64,000 nucleotides of DNA from assembly GCA_965215015.1 (NCBI GenBank), contig OZ244042.1, positions 10,768 through 74,767 on the forward strand, in the 5' to 3' direction. This stretch comes from Candidatus Poribacteria bacterium. GTDB taxonomy: Bacteria > Poribacteria > WGA-4E > PCPOR2b. Each line of letters starts with the position of its first letter. Positions within the stretch are counted from its first letter, which is position 1. The notes under the pieces are model-generated. The model was not told the DNA's origin. It did not search any database and was given only the letters and a program-made list of their open reading frames with translations. The position numbers and the translations under genes are program-made. Shown piece by piece: positions 1 through 9,601 of this stretch.

Positions 1-3000
1 TCGTGGAATCTCTAACTCAATTCCCAATCCCTCATCTCTAAGAGGTTGAGCGACGCGCCCGGTTTGGTGAAGCTCTTCGATTTCTTTTTTTCCTTTTCTC
101 TGGAGAAGCACTCGATACCGATTTGCATCAAGAAAAAGGATAGCCCATTTCCCCGTTGGCGTGAGGCTTGAATCGAGGTGAATATAGGAGGTCCGTAATT
201 TTTGAACGCTTGTGTTTTCAGCTTGTGCTGAGGTCGTAAATTTTTCGGAGACTAAGTTTCCGGTATTATCGCGTAGCACCTCGGAGGGAAGCCGTTTCCA
301 AGCGTTAATATCCGTTTGCCATTGATAGATTGCGAGATTTTCGGTCTCTCTTTGTAAGGTGGGGTCAAATTCCGCCGTTGCAGGATTCAGCCCCCAATTT
401 GTCTGCAAGCGATCTTTCAAAGCGTCCAAATCGAAACGGAACCTGAGGGCCGCAGCTTCGACCAACTGCTCGGCACTAGAATGTAATTCAACTTGGTATG
501 CTCTATTTTGTAATATTGGTAGGCGGGGAAGCGAGACAAAACGGAGATCGGGTTGAAATGAGATAGATGGCTCGATTGTATTGATGGAAAGCGTTATTAT
601 GCGTTCAGGAGCGGCTCCGATTGGGAGCACAACGTCAAATACCCGATCCAAGCTAAACGCGGTGAGTGCTTCATCAACCTTCAGGGTAAATTCGTTGACC
701 ACGAGAGATTGGGACCCTTTGTTATCAAACGAGCGGGGCTCATCGAGCTTGCCGATCACCTCATCCGTGTGGTCGTCATCGGGGGATTCCGGATCCGCAA
801 AGACATGAATCTGATGAAAGCCGGTGGACAACGGTTCTGCAAGGATTAACGTCACTATTGTTTCTTGAAGATGCGTGTCCCCCGACTGCCACGCATCAAT
901 TCTGACCAAGACACGCCCAAGCACATCTGCTTCAGGGTCAATTTGGTTATCCCCGTTCCGATCCGGATCCCCTTCTGCGAACCAAACCTCGATGACTACA
1001 TCAACTTTTTGGCCGCCATCATTGATAAGCTTGGTGGTAAGGGTATAAGCTCTTTTCTCCTTTGAAAAGGTGTAACGGAGGGGAGCGACTGCTGCCGAAG
1101 CGATGGCGATATTTGCTCCTTCCGGGACCTTGAGCGGTTTTTTGTCGGTACTGATGGTATGATTGGTCCGGTCAGTCACTACGATTTGATACTGCACCGT
1201 CTGCCCCCCTTTTGGGAGGGGAATTGCGGTTTGCAGCTTGTACCAATGCCCTCCGTTCACCGCGGGGGTGGGTGGTACCGGATGGGGTATCATCGCCACC
1301 GTACGTTCCTTGGATTCCACGGTGTCGCTCCAAACTACTTCTATCGACTTTAGCCCTGTGGGACCTTCATTGTCCACTATCAACGCGGAAAGGTTCAGTG
1401 TATTGGTGACTTGGGAGTCAATATCTTCACGGACTTCGAGGATAGCAGGTTGGTATGCCCAAAACTGCGCCCCTCCCACCGCTGTCCGCTGATCGTCGAA
1501 AGCGAGGAGGCGGACAATACCTTGTCCGGCGGGGATATCTTCTGGAATAGGAATGCGAATCGCGCCGAACTCGCCCTGCCATACTTGGATACCAGCCTTT
1601 TGTTGCTGCAAATTGTTGAGCAAATTATCGTCTAAATTGTTGGCAAACAGTGCTATTGCGGACATCGTTCCTGCGCTGAAATCGGTCGCCTTGCGAAACT
1701 CGACCGCTCCCCTAATCGGCGAAAATTGGTGCTGCCCAACAACATTATGACGAATGATCAGCTCTTTGTTCGGATCGACTGCAACGCTCTCCAACTCGAC
1801 CTGAATCTCTAGTTCTGGCACAGCGAGGCGCGTCGCTGGATCACCGAAGAGGGTATACTGCATTGCACTAGGGAGCCACAGTTGTGGTGCGGTAATCATA
1901 AACTGCGTCTTAGCATTGGTGATGATTGCGCCGAGTGTTGACGGTTTAACAGTGAAGATGGAGGTAAAGAGATTTCTATCGAACGCCGCATTGACTGTTG
2001 CAAAGGTCAAGCGGGTCGCGCTCAGGACACCGATGGCACCGGCACTGCCCATCAGAAATTGCTCGCTTAAACTACGCTGCCCAAATTGCAGGGGTTGATC
2101 AAATTGCCCATTGAGACATGTTGTGGTGATAATAAACGGCAGGTGCACATTTCGCAAGCCCTCTGCATCTGCGATGCGGAAAATGCCCTCATCCGCCCAC
2201 GTTTGGGTGCCACCGTGCCCCGAATATTCGACGACGAGAACGCCCTCATTAATTGTCGCCAGAATCGCTCGATTGGTGCGTTCTGGACTCCCAATCTGCC
2301 GTAGGTACACCTTGCGAGTATCGTAGGCGACAGGAATATATTCCTCAATGAGTTGCTTGCTGGATCGCTCAAAAATGTCGTCCCCGACGTTGTCCACCTC
2401 ATTATCTGCTACCTGCATCAGCCTGCCCTGCCATAAGCCGGGCTGTCGCTTTGCCTCATAATTGATAATCTTTTTCACCATACCGTCCAACTCGTGTGGT
2501 AGCTGTACTGGAAGTCGCCCAATAAACATATCCGGCAGTGGGTCATCGCCACTGACTGTGACAAAGCGGTGATCCATCGCAGTTTCTCCACTCGCCGGTG
2601 CCCAACCGTGAAACGTCGGCACGTAGATGGGATAGAGGTCGTAGTCCTTGTCGAGCACACTCCTATATAGCTTGACAATTGCCCCTTTATAATCATAGTG
2701 TGCATCACCGACTAACAGGACGTATGTAGGCTTGGGCGCGCGCCAATGGGTGTAGGTGTAGTGCAAAAACTTTTGGATAGCGAGGGGGTTAAAAATTCCG
2801 TGGTTGAATTGATCATACACCTCTTCGACATCAACCACCATGACTGACAAGCCCTGTGACCGCCGAAAATCTGCAAGGGACTGAATGTTATTAATAAAAT
2901 CTCCGTGAGAGATAATAATGTAATCCGCTTGATTCCCAGGATTGCTGATTACCGATGGCTTGGCAGGAGCAATGTGATTCACCTGAATATATCGCGCTTG

Positions 3001-4812
3001 CTCAACCACAAAGTAGCCGACTAGCGATGTTACATTATCCTCAAAGGTTAGCTGGAAATTCCCGTCCACCCGTTCAACCCGACCGTTGGCGAGTTTTGCA
3101 ACTATACTTCCATTGCGAATCTGATACACATCAACATCGGGACGATGAATGTTTGTTAAACGGTACTGAACTCGTCCCGTCCTTCTCGGCTCGGTTTCCG
3201 AGTTAAACCCAAGCACTCCTTCGGACACCTTAAAGGTATGCCAATAATCGATCTCAAACCAATCCAGATAGAAATCGGGTTCGCCTGCCGGTGTACCGTT
3301 GCGGGCTTCGGCACGAATTCTCAGAACATTTGTATCCTCCGAATGACTAAATCGCCACGGTTCAATTTGGCGCGCAACCAACGGTGCGGCTTGCTGCCGC
3401 CACTCAGCGACTTGCCCAAGTTGTGCGTCGTTAAATAGAATGCGCGCTTGATGTCTGGCGTTCCTTTCACGGGAGGCCCCTTGAAACTTAATTCGGATCT
3501 CGGCATTCCGATTTACCAACCCTCTCGGTGCTACATGATGGAGTTGAATCGGAAAATCCTTTTGGCTCAATCTATTGTCTACTCCACCTGTCAGGCTTTC
3601 CCAGAAATAGTGATCTGCCTGCTCAGATTTCACATCAAGCAGTCGGTCATACTTAAGGTCCTGTTCAAAGCGTACAGTTTTCTTGAAAGCAAGCGGAGTG
3701 GGCACATTTGGCGTTTTTGGAGCAGCGTCTCTAACAGCTACCTGTGAACGACCAACACCGCCCCAACTCAACCAATACACGTTAGTATCAGTAAATCTAT
3801 CCCCAATTGGGGCTTGCCCATAAAACACAATTGAGTCGTCCCGATCGAATCTACCGTCTGTATCGTGGTCAAAGATGTGAAGCCCAACCCGGCGTCCGCG
3901 GTTTTCCATTTTAAGGGTCTCAAGTTCAATATCCACAGAATTGGCACCGGCGCGTCTAAGCTGACTATATGTTACTTGATAAATCCCTGTTTGGCTGATC
4001 ACAATCTTATATCTATTTAAGGGTTTACTAGCGTGTTGCACTGCAGGGGCAGCTGGGGCACTTTGGGGTGAGCGTCGCCATGCCTTCGCCTGATCGTAAT
4101 TGAGCAGTTTTACCTGAAAGAGTTGCTCAAAAGCCTGTGATGATTCTACGACAGAGAACGGGGGAGCAAGTTGTCTTGAAGTCCGGTGGGATTGGGGAGA
4201 TGAGTGAGTCCAATTGAAGTCAATTCGGATCAGCAGCTCGTGGTAAATTTTGAGCTGCAATCTGGCAGGATTATACTGAATCGGTTGAATTTGGAGCTGT
4301 GCAACCCGCTGTCCACGGATAAGCCCGATCGGCGTGACCTCTACGAGTTTGGTCGGGTAGGGACGATCCTGTCTGTAAAAGTTCGTGTCCATGATGAGTG
4401 TTGGTTGGGGAGTGGCGAGATTCAATGGTTGGGCGGGGATAATGCGCTCGGTTTGGCGGACTTCAAGTCGTGAGTCAATCACGGTCACATGCGATGAGGC
4501 ATCAATGGGAATCCCAATTAGCTGGGAGTAAGCAGGTAGGCTAGGGCGTCCCACATCTGTCGTGAGGGTTGCCCCTGTGAAAGAAATCCTCGTGAAGGTG
4601 CGTCTATTGATTTTTTGCGAACTAAATTGCAGCGTAGGCACCTCAAATTTGACGAGGAGACTATCCGTGTCTGCTTGGATAATTTGTAACGGAGATTTCG
4701 CGGCGACAGCAGCGACAGAAAGCCAAAAAGTTAGAAGTGTGTGAAACGTGATGCGTAAGTGAACCGATGATACCGGTTCCAGCTGTTGATTTCCTCTTAA
4801 CATAGACACCAT
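1..4812 (-). CDS. Peptidase C25 (gingipain/PorU-like) family giant secreted protein; 3' end runs off window start. Absent from supplied ORF track.
   Basis: Hand translation of the minus strand is open from ATG 4812 (second ATG 4803) to nt 1. An in-frame TAA lies just upstream at 4833-4831, and only short ORFs occur on + in this span. N-terminus MVSMLRGNQ...LLTFWLSVAAVAA is signal-peptide-like. ISHGDFINN...YVLLVGDAHYDYKG, EYSGHGGTQTW (His, about nt 2215-2230) and ITTTCLNGQFDQP (Cys, about nt 2096-2120) match the C25 catalytic dyad. Confidence 0.8.
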   Translation of the reverse strand, partial: MVSMLRGNQQLEPVSSVHLRITFHTLLTFWLSVAAVAAKSPLQIIQADTDSLLVKFEVPTLQFSSQKINRRTFTRISFTGATLTTDVGRPSLPAYSQLIGIPIDASSHVTVIDSRLEVRQTERIIPAQPLNLATPQPTLIMDTNFYRQDRPYPTKLVEVTPIGLIRGQRVAQLQIQPIQYNPARLQLKIYHELLIRIDFNWTHSSPQSHRTSRQLAPPFSVVESSQAFEQLFQVKLLNYDQAKAWRRSPQSAPAAPAVQHASKPLNRYKIVISQTGIYQVTYSQLRRAGANSVDIELETLKMENRGRRVGLHIFDHDTDGRFDRDDSIVFYGQAPIGDRFTDTNVYWLSWGGVGRSQVAVRDAAPKTPNVPTPLAFKKTVRFEQDLKYDRLLDVKSEQADHYFWESLTGGVDNRLSQKDFPIQLHHVAPRGLVNRNAEIRIKFQGASRERNARHQARILFNDAQLGQVAEWRQQAAPLVARQIEPWRFSHSEDTNVLRIRAEARNGTPAGEPDFYLDWFEIDYWHTFKVSEGVLGFNSETEPRRTGRVQYRLTNIHRPDVDVYQIRNGSIVAKLANGRVERVDGNFQLTFEDNVTSLVGYFVVEQARYIQVNHIAPAKPSVISNPGNQADYIIISHGDFINNIQSLADFRRSQGLSVMVVDVEEVYDQFNHGIFNPLAIQKFLHYTYTHWRAPKPTYVLLVGDAHYDYKGAIVKLYRSVLDKDYDLYPIYVPTFHGWAPASGETAMDHRFVTVSGDDPLPDMFIGRLPVQLPHELDGMVKKIINYEAKRQPGLWQGRLMQVADNEVDNVGDDIFERSSKQLIEEYIPVAYDTRKVYLRQIGSPERTNRAILATINEGVLVVEYSGHGGTQTWADEGIFRIADAEGLRNVHLPFIITTTCLNGQFDQPLQFGQRSLSEQFLMGSAGAIGVLSATRLTFATVNAAFDRNLFTSIFTVKPSTLGAIITNAKTQFMITAPQLWLPSAMQYTLFGDPATRLAVPELEIQVELESVAVDPNKELIIRHNVVGQHQFSPIRGAVEFRKATDFSAGTMSAIALFANNLDDNLLNNLQQQKAGIQVWQGEFGAIRIPIPEDIPAGQGIVRLLAFDDQRTAVGGAQFWAYQPAILEVREDIDSQVTNTLNLSALIVDNEGPTGLKSIEVVWSDTVESKERTVAMIPHPVPPTPAVNGGHWYKLQTAIPLPKGGQTVQYQIVVTDRTNHTISTDKKPLKVPEGANIAIASAAVAPLRYTFSKEKRAYTLTTKLINDGGQKVDVVIEVWFAEGDPDRNGDNQIDPEADVLGRVLVRIDAWQSGDTHLQETIVTLILAEPLSTGFHQIHVFADPESPDDDHTDEVIGKLDEPRSFDNKGSQSLVVNEFTLKVDEALTAFSLDRVFDVVLPIGAAPERIITLSINTIEPSISFQPDLRFVSLPRLPILQNRAYQVELHSSAEQLVEAAALRFRFDLDALKDRLQTNWGLNPATAEFDPTLQRETENLAIYQWQTDINAWKRLPSEVLRDNTGNLVSEKFTTSAQAENTSVQKLRTSYIHLDSSLTPTGKWAILFLDANRYRVLLQRKGKKEIEELHQTGRVAQPLRDEGLGIELEIPR

Positions 4813-4842
4813 ACTTTTCAGTTGGAAAATTTACCCCAAATG

Positions 4843-6387
4843 TTAGTCAAGCACTTCAATCTCCAGCTGATTCAGGGTCCGCATCACCCCTTCACCAAAC
4901 TCCAGCATAGAGTCGGATTCCAACTCGCTGCCAGCGAGTTGAATATGATTAGCATCCGCCTGGATTTGACCAAGCGTTGGCTCCATTGCTACCCACTTGC
5001 CCACATATACTTCGGGCCAAAAATGGTAGTAGAAAGCGTCGCGTTGAAATACAAGCCCTGCACAAACTCGCGCGGGGATACCAACGGAGCGTGCCATTGC
5101 AATCATTAGGACTGTGTGTTCTGTACAATCTCCCTCCAGCGATTCTAATGTTTGTAATGCCGAGCCAAACCCAACCTTCAGGTTCTTGTCATAGATGCTT
5201 TCATACACCCATCGACACAATTTCTGTGCGGATCTCCAAGCATTCATCTCACCATCAAGCACTTCAACGGCTTTCGCCCGGATCGTTGGGTGTTCCGCTT
5301 GGATATACACGGTTGATTTCAAGAACTGCGCGAGTTCCTTGGCCTCATGTTGGTTCTGTATCGGCAGGTTCAAAGTTTCCGTGCGATCAATCACGGGTAC
5401 GTTGATTTCAATCTCTCCATGGCGGGGGTCATTATCCACCCGCAGCTTCTGACGAGGGTTAATCATCACTGCTTTGTCCAACCGCCCTTCGGTCAGGTAC
5501 AAATACGCTTTGAAATAGCGGGCACGAGGAGTCGGGGTGCCTCCTTGGGCAAAGATCTTTGTATTCAGAATAACGTCAACTTCTCCAGATTCACCGAGTG
5601 CCGTTTGCATATTAGTCTTCGCCAAGACCATTTTTAGCCCCATCAGTCCGACCTCCAACCGATACGTTGTGCCATCGTGTCCCAACCATTGCGTCGTCGT
5701 GAATCCTCCCATGATGTCCATTGTGTAACTGACGACGTAGACCGGCTCCACTTTGCCATCAAATTCGATCTGGGCTTCTCGAAGGACTCTGACATCTGTT
5801 TTCACGGGCTTCATGAGGTCCAAATTGAATACGTGCAAGGTATGTGCATCACCGATCCGGATGCTACGTTGCAGCAGGAAGTAACTGATTACCTGTTCAA
5901 AAATTGTATCGCCTGAAATAGACATCTGGGTGTGAGTCGTTTTTCCTGCAAGACTTGTCTCTAGGTGAGCAATACCATCCTTGATTCGCCCTTCAACCCG
6001 TTTCTCTTGTCCTGTCTCATTGGAGGTGGTGATAAAATAGCGGGGTACGAGATCCATACCGACATGTGAGATTCGTGTTGTTGTGAGTCTTAATCCGGTG
6101 CCAGTGCGCTTGAGGTCCATCACCATATCAGCACGGACCCGAATAGTCTCCTCGCCTTCAAATCTTGATTTTTCCATATAGATATGGGCGTACCCGATTT
6201 TCGTGCCCATCAGTGTTAGGTTTAACCAGTCATCTTGAGGCAACTGCATCATTTTCTCAATCTCCGCCAGATCGATTTTTACCCATTGCCCTACCACACT
6301 TCCAACTAAAATAAAAAGCAAACAACAGGCACAAAAAATCTGTTGTCTCATCAGAAAATATTCCTTCTCCAATCCATCGTGTATCAT
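4843..6387 (-). CDS. Membrane-anchored transglutaminase-like (Cys-His-Asp) domain protein with DUF3857-like N-terminal region
   Basis: 514-aa ORF with N-terminal TM helix IFCACCLLFILVGSVVGQW. C-terminal core GDCTEHTVLMIAMARSVGIPARVCAGLV...YHFWPEVYVGKWVAMEPT is typical of the TGase-like cysteine protease fold. Lies 30 nt upstream of, and co-oriented with, the C25 gene. Confidence 0.8.
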   Translation of the reverse strand: MIHDGLEKEYFLMRQQIFCACCLLFILVGSVVGQWVKIDLAEIEKMMQLPQDDWLNLTLMGTKIGYAHIYMEKSRFEGEETIRVRADMVMDLKRTGTGLRLTTTRISHVGMDLVPRYFITTSNETGQEKRVEGRIKDGIAHLETSLAGKTTHTQMSISGDTIFEQVISYFLLQRSIRIGDAHTLHVFNLDLMKPVKTDVRVLREAQIEFDGKVEPVYVVSYTMDIMGGFTTTQWLGHDGTTYRLEVGLMGLKMVLAKTNMQTALGESGEVDVILNTKIFAQGGTPTPRARYFKAYLYLTEGRLDKAVMINPRQKLRVDNDPRHGEIEINVPVIDRTETLNLPIQNQHEAKELAQFLKSTVYIQAEHPTIRAKAVEVLDGEMNAWRSAQKLCRWVYESIYDKNLKVGFGSALQTLESLEGDCTEHTVLMIAMARSVGIPARVCAGLVFQRDAFYYHFWPEVYVGKWVAMEPTLGQIQADANHIQLAGSELESDSMLEFGEGVMRTLNQLEIEVLD

Positions 6388-6572
6388 TGCATTTTCAGCT
6401 TTCCGTTATAATAGCACAAGTTAAGGTGGTGGGCAATCGAAAAGCGTCTGCCAAACTAACCTTCGGAAGGTTTCTCACATATGCTTCTTGACACCAATAA
6501 TTCAAAAATGGTATCATATCGCAACGACTTTAATCTCTTCCTATCATGAAGTAATCCCCGCAGGAGAAAAAT

Positions 6573-7337
6573 ATGAAAGTTGGCATCCGAGATAGTATGT
6601 TAGGTTTACCCTTTGAGGAGGTATTCGGCAAAGCGAAAGAGATTGGCTTTGACGGCGTTGAAATATGTATCGGTGCCAACTATCGTGAGCACCCACTTTG
6701 GAGCGAGTCCGGTGTGGACGACATCAAGGCATTATCCGAAACAGCTGGTATTGAAACGCCGGCACTCTCGCCGGGGGGTTTCACTGCATATACGTTTGCC
6801 CATCCAAACGATGCAACGCGAGCTGAAGGAATCGCAATGTTGCAACACCTCTCGGCGGTTTGCCCAAAACTTGGAGCGTCTGTCATTCTTGTGCCGTTCT
6901 TCGGCGATGGTAAGATTGAAACAGAGCATATAACATCGCCACGTTTCATTGATGGGGTGAAGGTTGCCGCGGCGACAGCAGCACAACATAACGTTTGCCT
7001 CGCGTTGGAATCAACCTTAACGGCTGATGAACACCAACAGATTCTCGATCAGGTCAACTCCCCGGCGGTTGGCGTCTATTACGATATGGGCAATGCCACG
7101 GGACTCGGATATAACGCTGCCAAGGAGATTCGTCAGCTTGGGAAGGCTATCGCGCAGATGCACATCAAAGACACTGCGAGCAGCCACGCCGGCGAGGGTG
7201 GAGTTGATTTTCCGGCGATTATCGAAGCCACCCATGCAATTGGTTATGACGGCTGGTTTGTCCTCGAAACACCAGCAAACGGCGATCCAATCGCTTCAGC
7301 CATAAAGAACCTAAATTTTGTCCGAGAGAACTACTAA
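6573..7337 (+). CDS. Sugar phosphate isomerase/epimerase (xylose isomerase-like TIM barrel)
   Basis: 254 aa; MKVGIRDSMLGLPFEEVFGKAKEIGFDGVEICIG... is characteristic of the AP-endonuclease-2/xylose-isomerase-like TIM barrel family. Confidence 0.8.
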   Translation: MKVGIRDSMLGLPFEEVFGKAKEIGFDGVEICIGANYREHPLWSESGVDDIKALSETAGIETPALSPGGFTAYTFAHPNDATRAEGIAMLQHLSAVCPKLGASVILVPFFGDGKIETEHITSPRFIDGVKVAAATAAQHNVCLALESTLTADEHQQILDQVNSPAVGVYYDMGNATGLGYNAAKEIRQLGKAIAQMHIKDTASSHAGEGGVDFPAIIEATHAIGYDGWFVLETPANGDPIASAIKNLNFVRENY

Positions 7338-7360
7338 AATTTCCAACCAATGAGAGGGAT

Positions 7361-8185
7361 ATGAGTGTGAGTAGTGCAAAGCTCATTGACCCACAGCTGG
7401 AAGCTGAGAAACTGCTAAGAATGCCGGTGACCACGGCTGAAATGCTGTTTCAAGGTTTCACAATAGATCAGCAACTGGAAGTCATCTCATCTATACGAGA
7501 CGCGAAGGCGCGAGAGGAGTTGTATTATCTTGTGCCAGACTGTACCGAGTTAATCCAGATGAGTCCAATGGAAGATGTCTTGCAAATCTTGGATACAAGG
7601 CTTGGTACGGGAACGGCGTCCGCCCTGCTGCCGTGTCTGTCGCCGGATCAGTTTGAAGAAATGATGGATTTCGTCTTGTGGCGTAACGGCAAGCTCGATG
7701 AAAAAACAATCGATTTATGGCTTTTTGAATTGTCTGAATGTGAGATAGATGAACTGGGAGAGATGCTCTCCCAAATTGATGTGGGCATTCTCGGTAGTTT
7801 GCTGCAGGGGCGCGTTGAAATGGACGAAGAATTTAAAGCACTGTTTATTGAGGAGGGACTGGTCGACCCGTCAACGCCGGGTATTGACTACTTAGATGAA
7901 CGGGCAAAGGCAATCATGGACGCAATCTGGGAAGCGGACGCAGATCTGTTCATTCGTGTACTGTATGAACTCTTTGGGCTAGATCGGGAAGATGAGTTGG
8001 GTGAAGAACTGTGGGGATCGCTTGACCGCGTGAAAGGGGAACAGGAAGAGCGAGTCAGGGAACGCGATAAAGCAGCTGGCATTGACATAATCGAAACAGA
8101 AATTCTCGAAAAGGTAGACCTCGACCAACTTGATTTAGAGGACAAGGAGGTGTCTACAGTTGACGAGGAATCAGAAGATATTTGA
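7361..8185 (+). CDS. Hypothetical highly acidic protein (first of an overlapping gene pair)
   Basis: 274-aa ORF with RBS gagggat upstream; very D/E-rich C-terminus; no recognisable catalytic motif. Confidence 0.55.
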   Translation: MSVSSAKLIDPQLEAEKLLRMPVTTAEMLFQGFTIDQQLEVISSIRDAKAREELYYLVPDCTELIQMSPMEDVLQILDTRLGTGTASALLPCLSPDQFEEMMDFVLWRNGKLDEKTIDLWLFELSECEIDELGEMLSQIDVGILGSLLQGRVEMDEEFKALFIEEGLVDPSTPGIDYLDERAKAIMDAIWEADADLFIRVLYELFGLDREDELGEELWGSLDRVKGEQEERVRERDKAAGIDIIETEILEKVDLDQLDLEDKEVSTVDEESEDI

Positions 8186-9098
8186 AGCTGACGCGCTGAC
8201 CCATTACGATAGTCGGCTGTTTCTCGCCCAAACACTTGAACATGGACAAAAGATGGGGCGAATTTCACCCGCAAATCTGGACAAAATTCATCAAGATATT
8301 GCCTCCCTCGTTCACAAGTTGATTGAGATCAAAGTGGAAGATCTCTCCTCGCGCGCGGAGGTTCGAGGACAGATTCAAGAAGCGTTTACCTTGACAAGTT
8401 TGGGGCTAGAGTACGGTTGTGCAGGAGCACTCGATAAATCGGTTCGTCTGCTGAACAGCAACCGACTGATTAAGTTCTTTCAAATCGGCAATACGCTCGT
8501 TGATAAGTTGGTGGAACATTCCCGAAATATACTTGAAAAAGCCGTCCTCATCTCACCGGCGATGCGAGCTGTCGAGCCAGAGACGATTCCCGCTTACAAT
8601 GAATGGGAAAGCGATTTTCTGGAATCAATTATCGAGCGGAAACTCGCGATTGATGCCGCACAGATTTCACTTCATCAGCTATCCGCCAATCCCCGATCCT
8701 TGACGAGCCTTGCCGATGTCAACATCGCCAATCAACAGCTAGACTATATCAACCTCCGATTCAGCTACCTCTACGCATTACCGCAAGAGAAAATTTTCGC
8801 CATTGACTATCCGCCGGACACCGATTGCGATACCGTCCGCCGAATCACGATTGCACTGATGGTGAATTTAGTCCTATATCGCGAGATTGATTTCCACCTA
8901 GATGAAGAAGATTTGGACAATTTTCGCAATATCGCCTATGATATAGAAAGCTGCACTGTCAAAAAGACATCTCAAGACCTATTACTTGGTTGGATTCGAG
9001 GTTATATGGATTTGACAGGTCAACCGGAGGAAGTCAAAAAATACGCGGTCGAATACTGGAGATATTGCTTGTCTGTTTTTAAGGATGTGGTTAGGTAA
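8160..9098 (+). CDS. Hypothetical alpha-helical protein (second of overlapping pair)
   Basis: 312-aa ORF overlapping the upstream gene by 26 nt (translational coupling); no recognisable motif. Confidence 0.55.
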   Translation: MTRNQKIFEADALTHYDSRLFLAQTLEHGQKMGRISPANLDKIHQDIASLVHKLIEIKVEDLSSRAEVRGQIQEAFTLTSLGLEYGCAGALDKSVRLLNSNRLIKFFQIGNTLVDKLVEHSRNILEKAVLISPAMRAVEPETIPAYNEWESDFLESIIERKLAIDAAQISLHQLSANPRSLTSLADVNIANQQLDYINLRFSYLYALPQEKIFAIDYPPDTDCDTVRRITIALMVNLVLYREIDFHLDEEDLDNFRNIAYDIESCTVKKTSQDLLLGWIRGYMDLTGQPEEVKKYAVEYWRYCLSVFKDVVR

Positions 9099-9121
9099 TG
9101 GCTCTGCCCGACTTGAGACCC

Positions 9122-9177
9122 CTATCTGTATCCGCGCAATCTGCTGAATCCGTGATTCAGACAATTATGATGAGCAC
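9122..9177. repeat. Right-end fragment of the MITE-like element
   Basis: ctatctgtatccgcgcaatctgctgaatccgtgattcagacaattatgatgagcac matches the right arm of the 56308-56540 copy. Confidence 0.5.
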
Positions 9178-9346
9178 CCTCATCCACAGTAGCGATTTGG
9201 GATATCTGGGTTGAGGTTGATCTTGTATGGAAAGGTCTTTCTGCTGTTTTAGCTGTCCCTGCAACTGCGCTTCCGATATTGGATTGGCCAAAAACAATAA
9301 GTAGGAGGTCGGATTTAGTAGGAAAGGGGACACGAATCGAATATGA

Positions 9347-9391
9347 ATAGGAGTTACGCACTTGAGTTTGTAGTCGCGCAATTCAACCGCC
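9347..9391 (+). repeat. Module X intergenic repeat, copy 1
   Basis: ataggagttacgcacttgagtttgtagtcgcgcaattcaacc; shares the 5' tatgaatag lead with copy 5. Confidence 0.7.
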
Positions 9392-9601
9392 TAAAAAAGA
9401 CAGGATCCACAGACCTGTCCAAAAACTTAGTGGAGGAACTTCTGGCCCTAAGCAAAATCTCAAGCAACCTCTAAAGAAGGATTGAGAGAAATGTCCTCAC
9501 AGAATGCTAAAACTACGCTTTTTGTGTAATATAACAAATGGCGTAGCGTAACTTAGACGATATTACGATAATTTTATCGCATCACCAAAATTCTATATCT
9601 A

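Noticed and set aside
359-4744. Numerous 60-140-aa plus-strand ORFs listed by the ORF track across the first 4.8 kb
   Set aside because: They are shadow ORFs of the giant minus-strand C25 gene (1-4812), which the track omitted because it runs off the window edge.
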